A DNA stretch of 32,000 bases from Pasteurella multocida (GTDB lineage: Bacteria > Pseudomonadota > Gammaproteobacteria > Enterobacterales > Pasteurellaceae): assembly GCF_900187275.1 (NCBI RefSeq), contig NZ_LT906458.1, forward strand, positions 2,238,954 to 2,270,953, written 5' to 3'. Below the pieces are notes generated by a model. It was not told the DNA's origin. It did no database searches and saw only the letters and a list, made by a program, of their open reading frames with translations. The position numbers were made by a program, and so were the translations under genes. This document shows positions 31,748-32,000 of the stretch, in pieces (position 1 is the stretch's first letter; every line of letters starts with the position of its first letter).

Positions 31748-31776
31748 ATTGTAATCATAAATTCAACGTTCGTCAA
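31748..31776 (-). promoter_or_regulatory. Promoter of the rpmH-rnpA-yidD-yidC cluster
   Basis: On the minus strand, TTGACG (31776-31771), 17-nt spacer, TACAAT (31753-31748). Confidence 0.7.
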
Positions 31777-32000
31777 ATTAGAATAGGCAAAATGAGCAAA
31801 TAAATCTCAGTTTTCCTAATAAAAAGCAAAAGTGCGCCTCGGATTATACGTTTTTTGCTAAAAATCTCAAGCAACCTTTTTAGATTTTTTTCTGCCTTTA
31901 TTGAAGATCTTTACGGGAGTTTATTGTAGAATTAATTTTCTTAAAGACCGCGCGTTTAGCGGAATTTTTTCAAATACCTTAACTATAACGATAATAGAAT

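Noticed and set aside
31947-31971. CCGC-GCGTTTA-GCGG hairpin followed by TTTTTT near the window end
   Set aside because: The stem is only four base pairs and the downstream gene is outside the window. It could be a weak terminator or leader element, but the evidence is insufficient.
31677-32000. Possible oriC/dnaA region upstream of rpmH
   Set aside because: rpmH-rnpA clusters often lie near dnaA, but I found no TTATCCACA-type DnaA boxes and no ORF here, so I cannot support an origin.

Overview
This 32 kb window is almost entirely core chromosome from a Pasteurellaceae bacterium. The evidence is Haemophilus/Pasteurella-type DNA uptake signal sequences (AAGTGCGGT), several as inverted pairs next to genes, plus the protein families present. 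Minus-strand genes: partial hisG with a complete his attenuator and His-rich leader peptide, a SAM methyltransferase, ushA, mtr, tonB-exbD-exbB, a CorB/YfjD-type transporter, a YpjD-like protein, plsB, glnA, a DUF817 membrane protein, trmO, mnmE, yidC, yidD, rnpA and rpmH (rpmH is missing from the supplied ORF track). Plus-strand genes: ppa, an M48 lipoprotein peptidase, ffh, lexA, rpsF-priB-rpsR-rplI, typA, a YgiW-family protein, menA, rraA and an SLC13/DASS transporter. I found no mobile element, CRISPR array, tRNA, rRNA or credible undescribed multi-gene system. The most interesting locus is a GT42 (Cst-II/Lic3A-like) sialyltransferase gene between divergent glnA and typA. It is split by a one-nucleotide frameshift at or near an A7 tract, which removes the predicted catalytic His and the C-terminus. 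Other points worth a look are the compact four-His his attenuator, a candidate Fur box at exbB, tandem LexA boxes, an rpsF leader structure and a PmrA/QseB-like direct repeat at an orphan ygiW-type gene. Product assignments come from remembered family similarity. No search was run.
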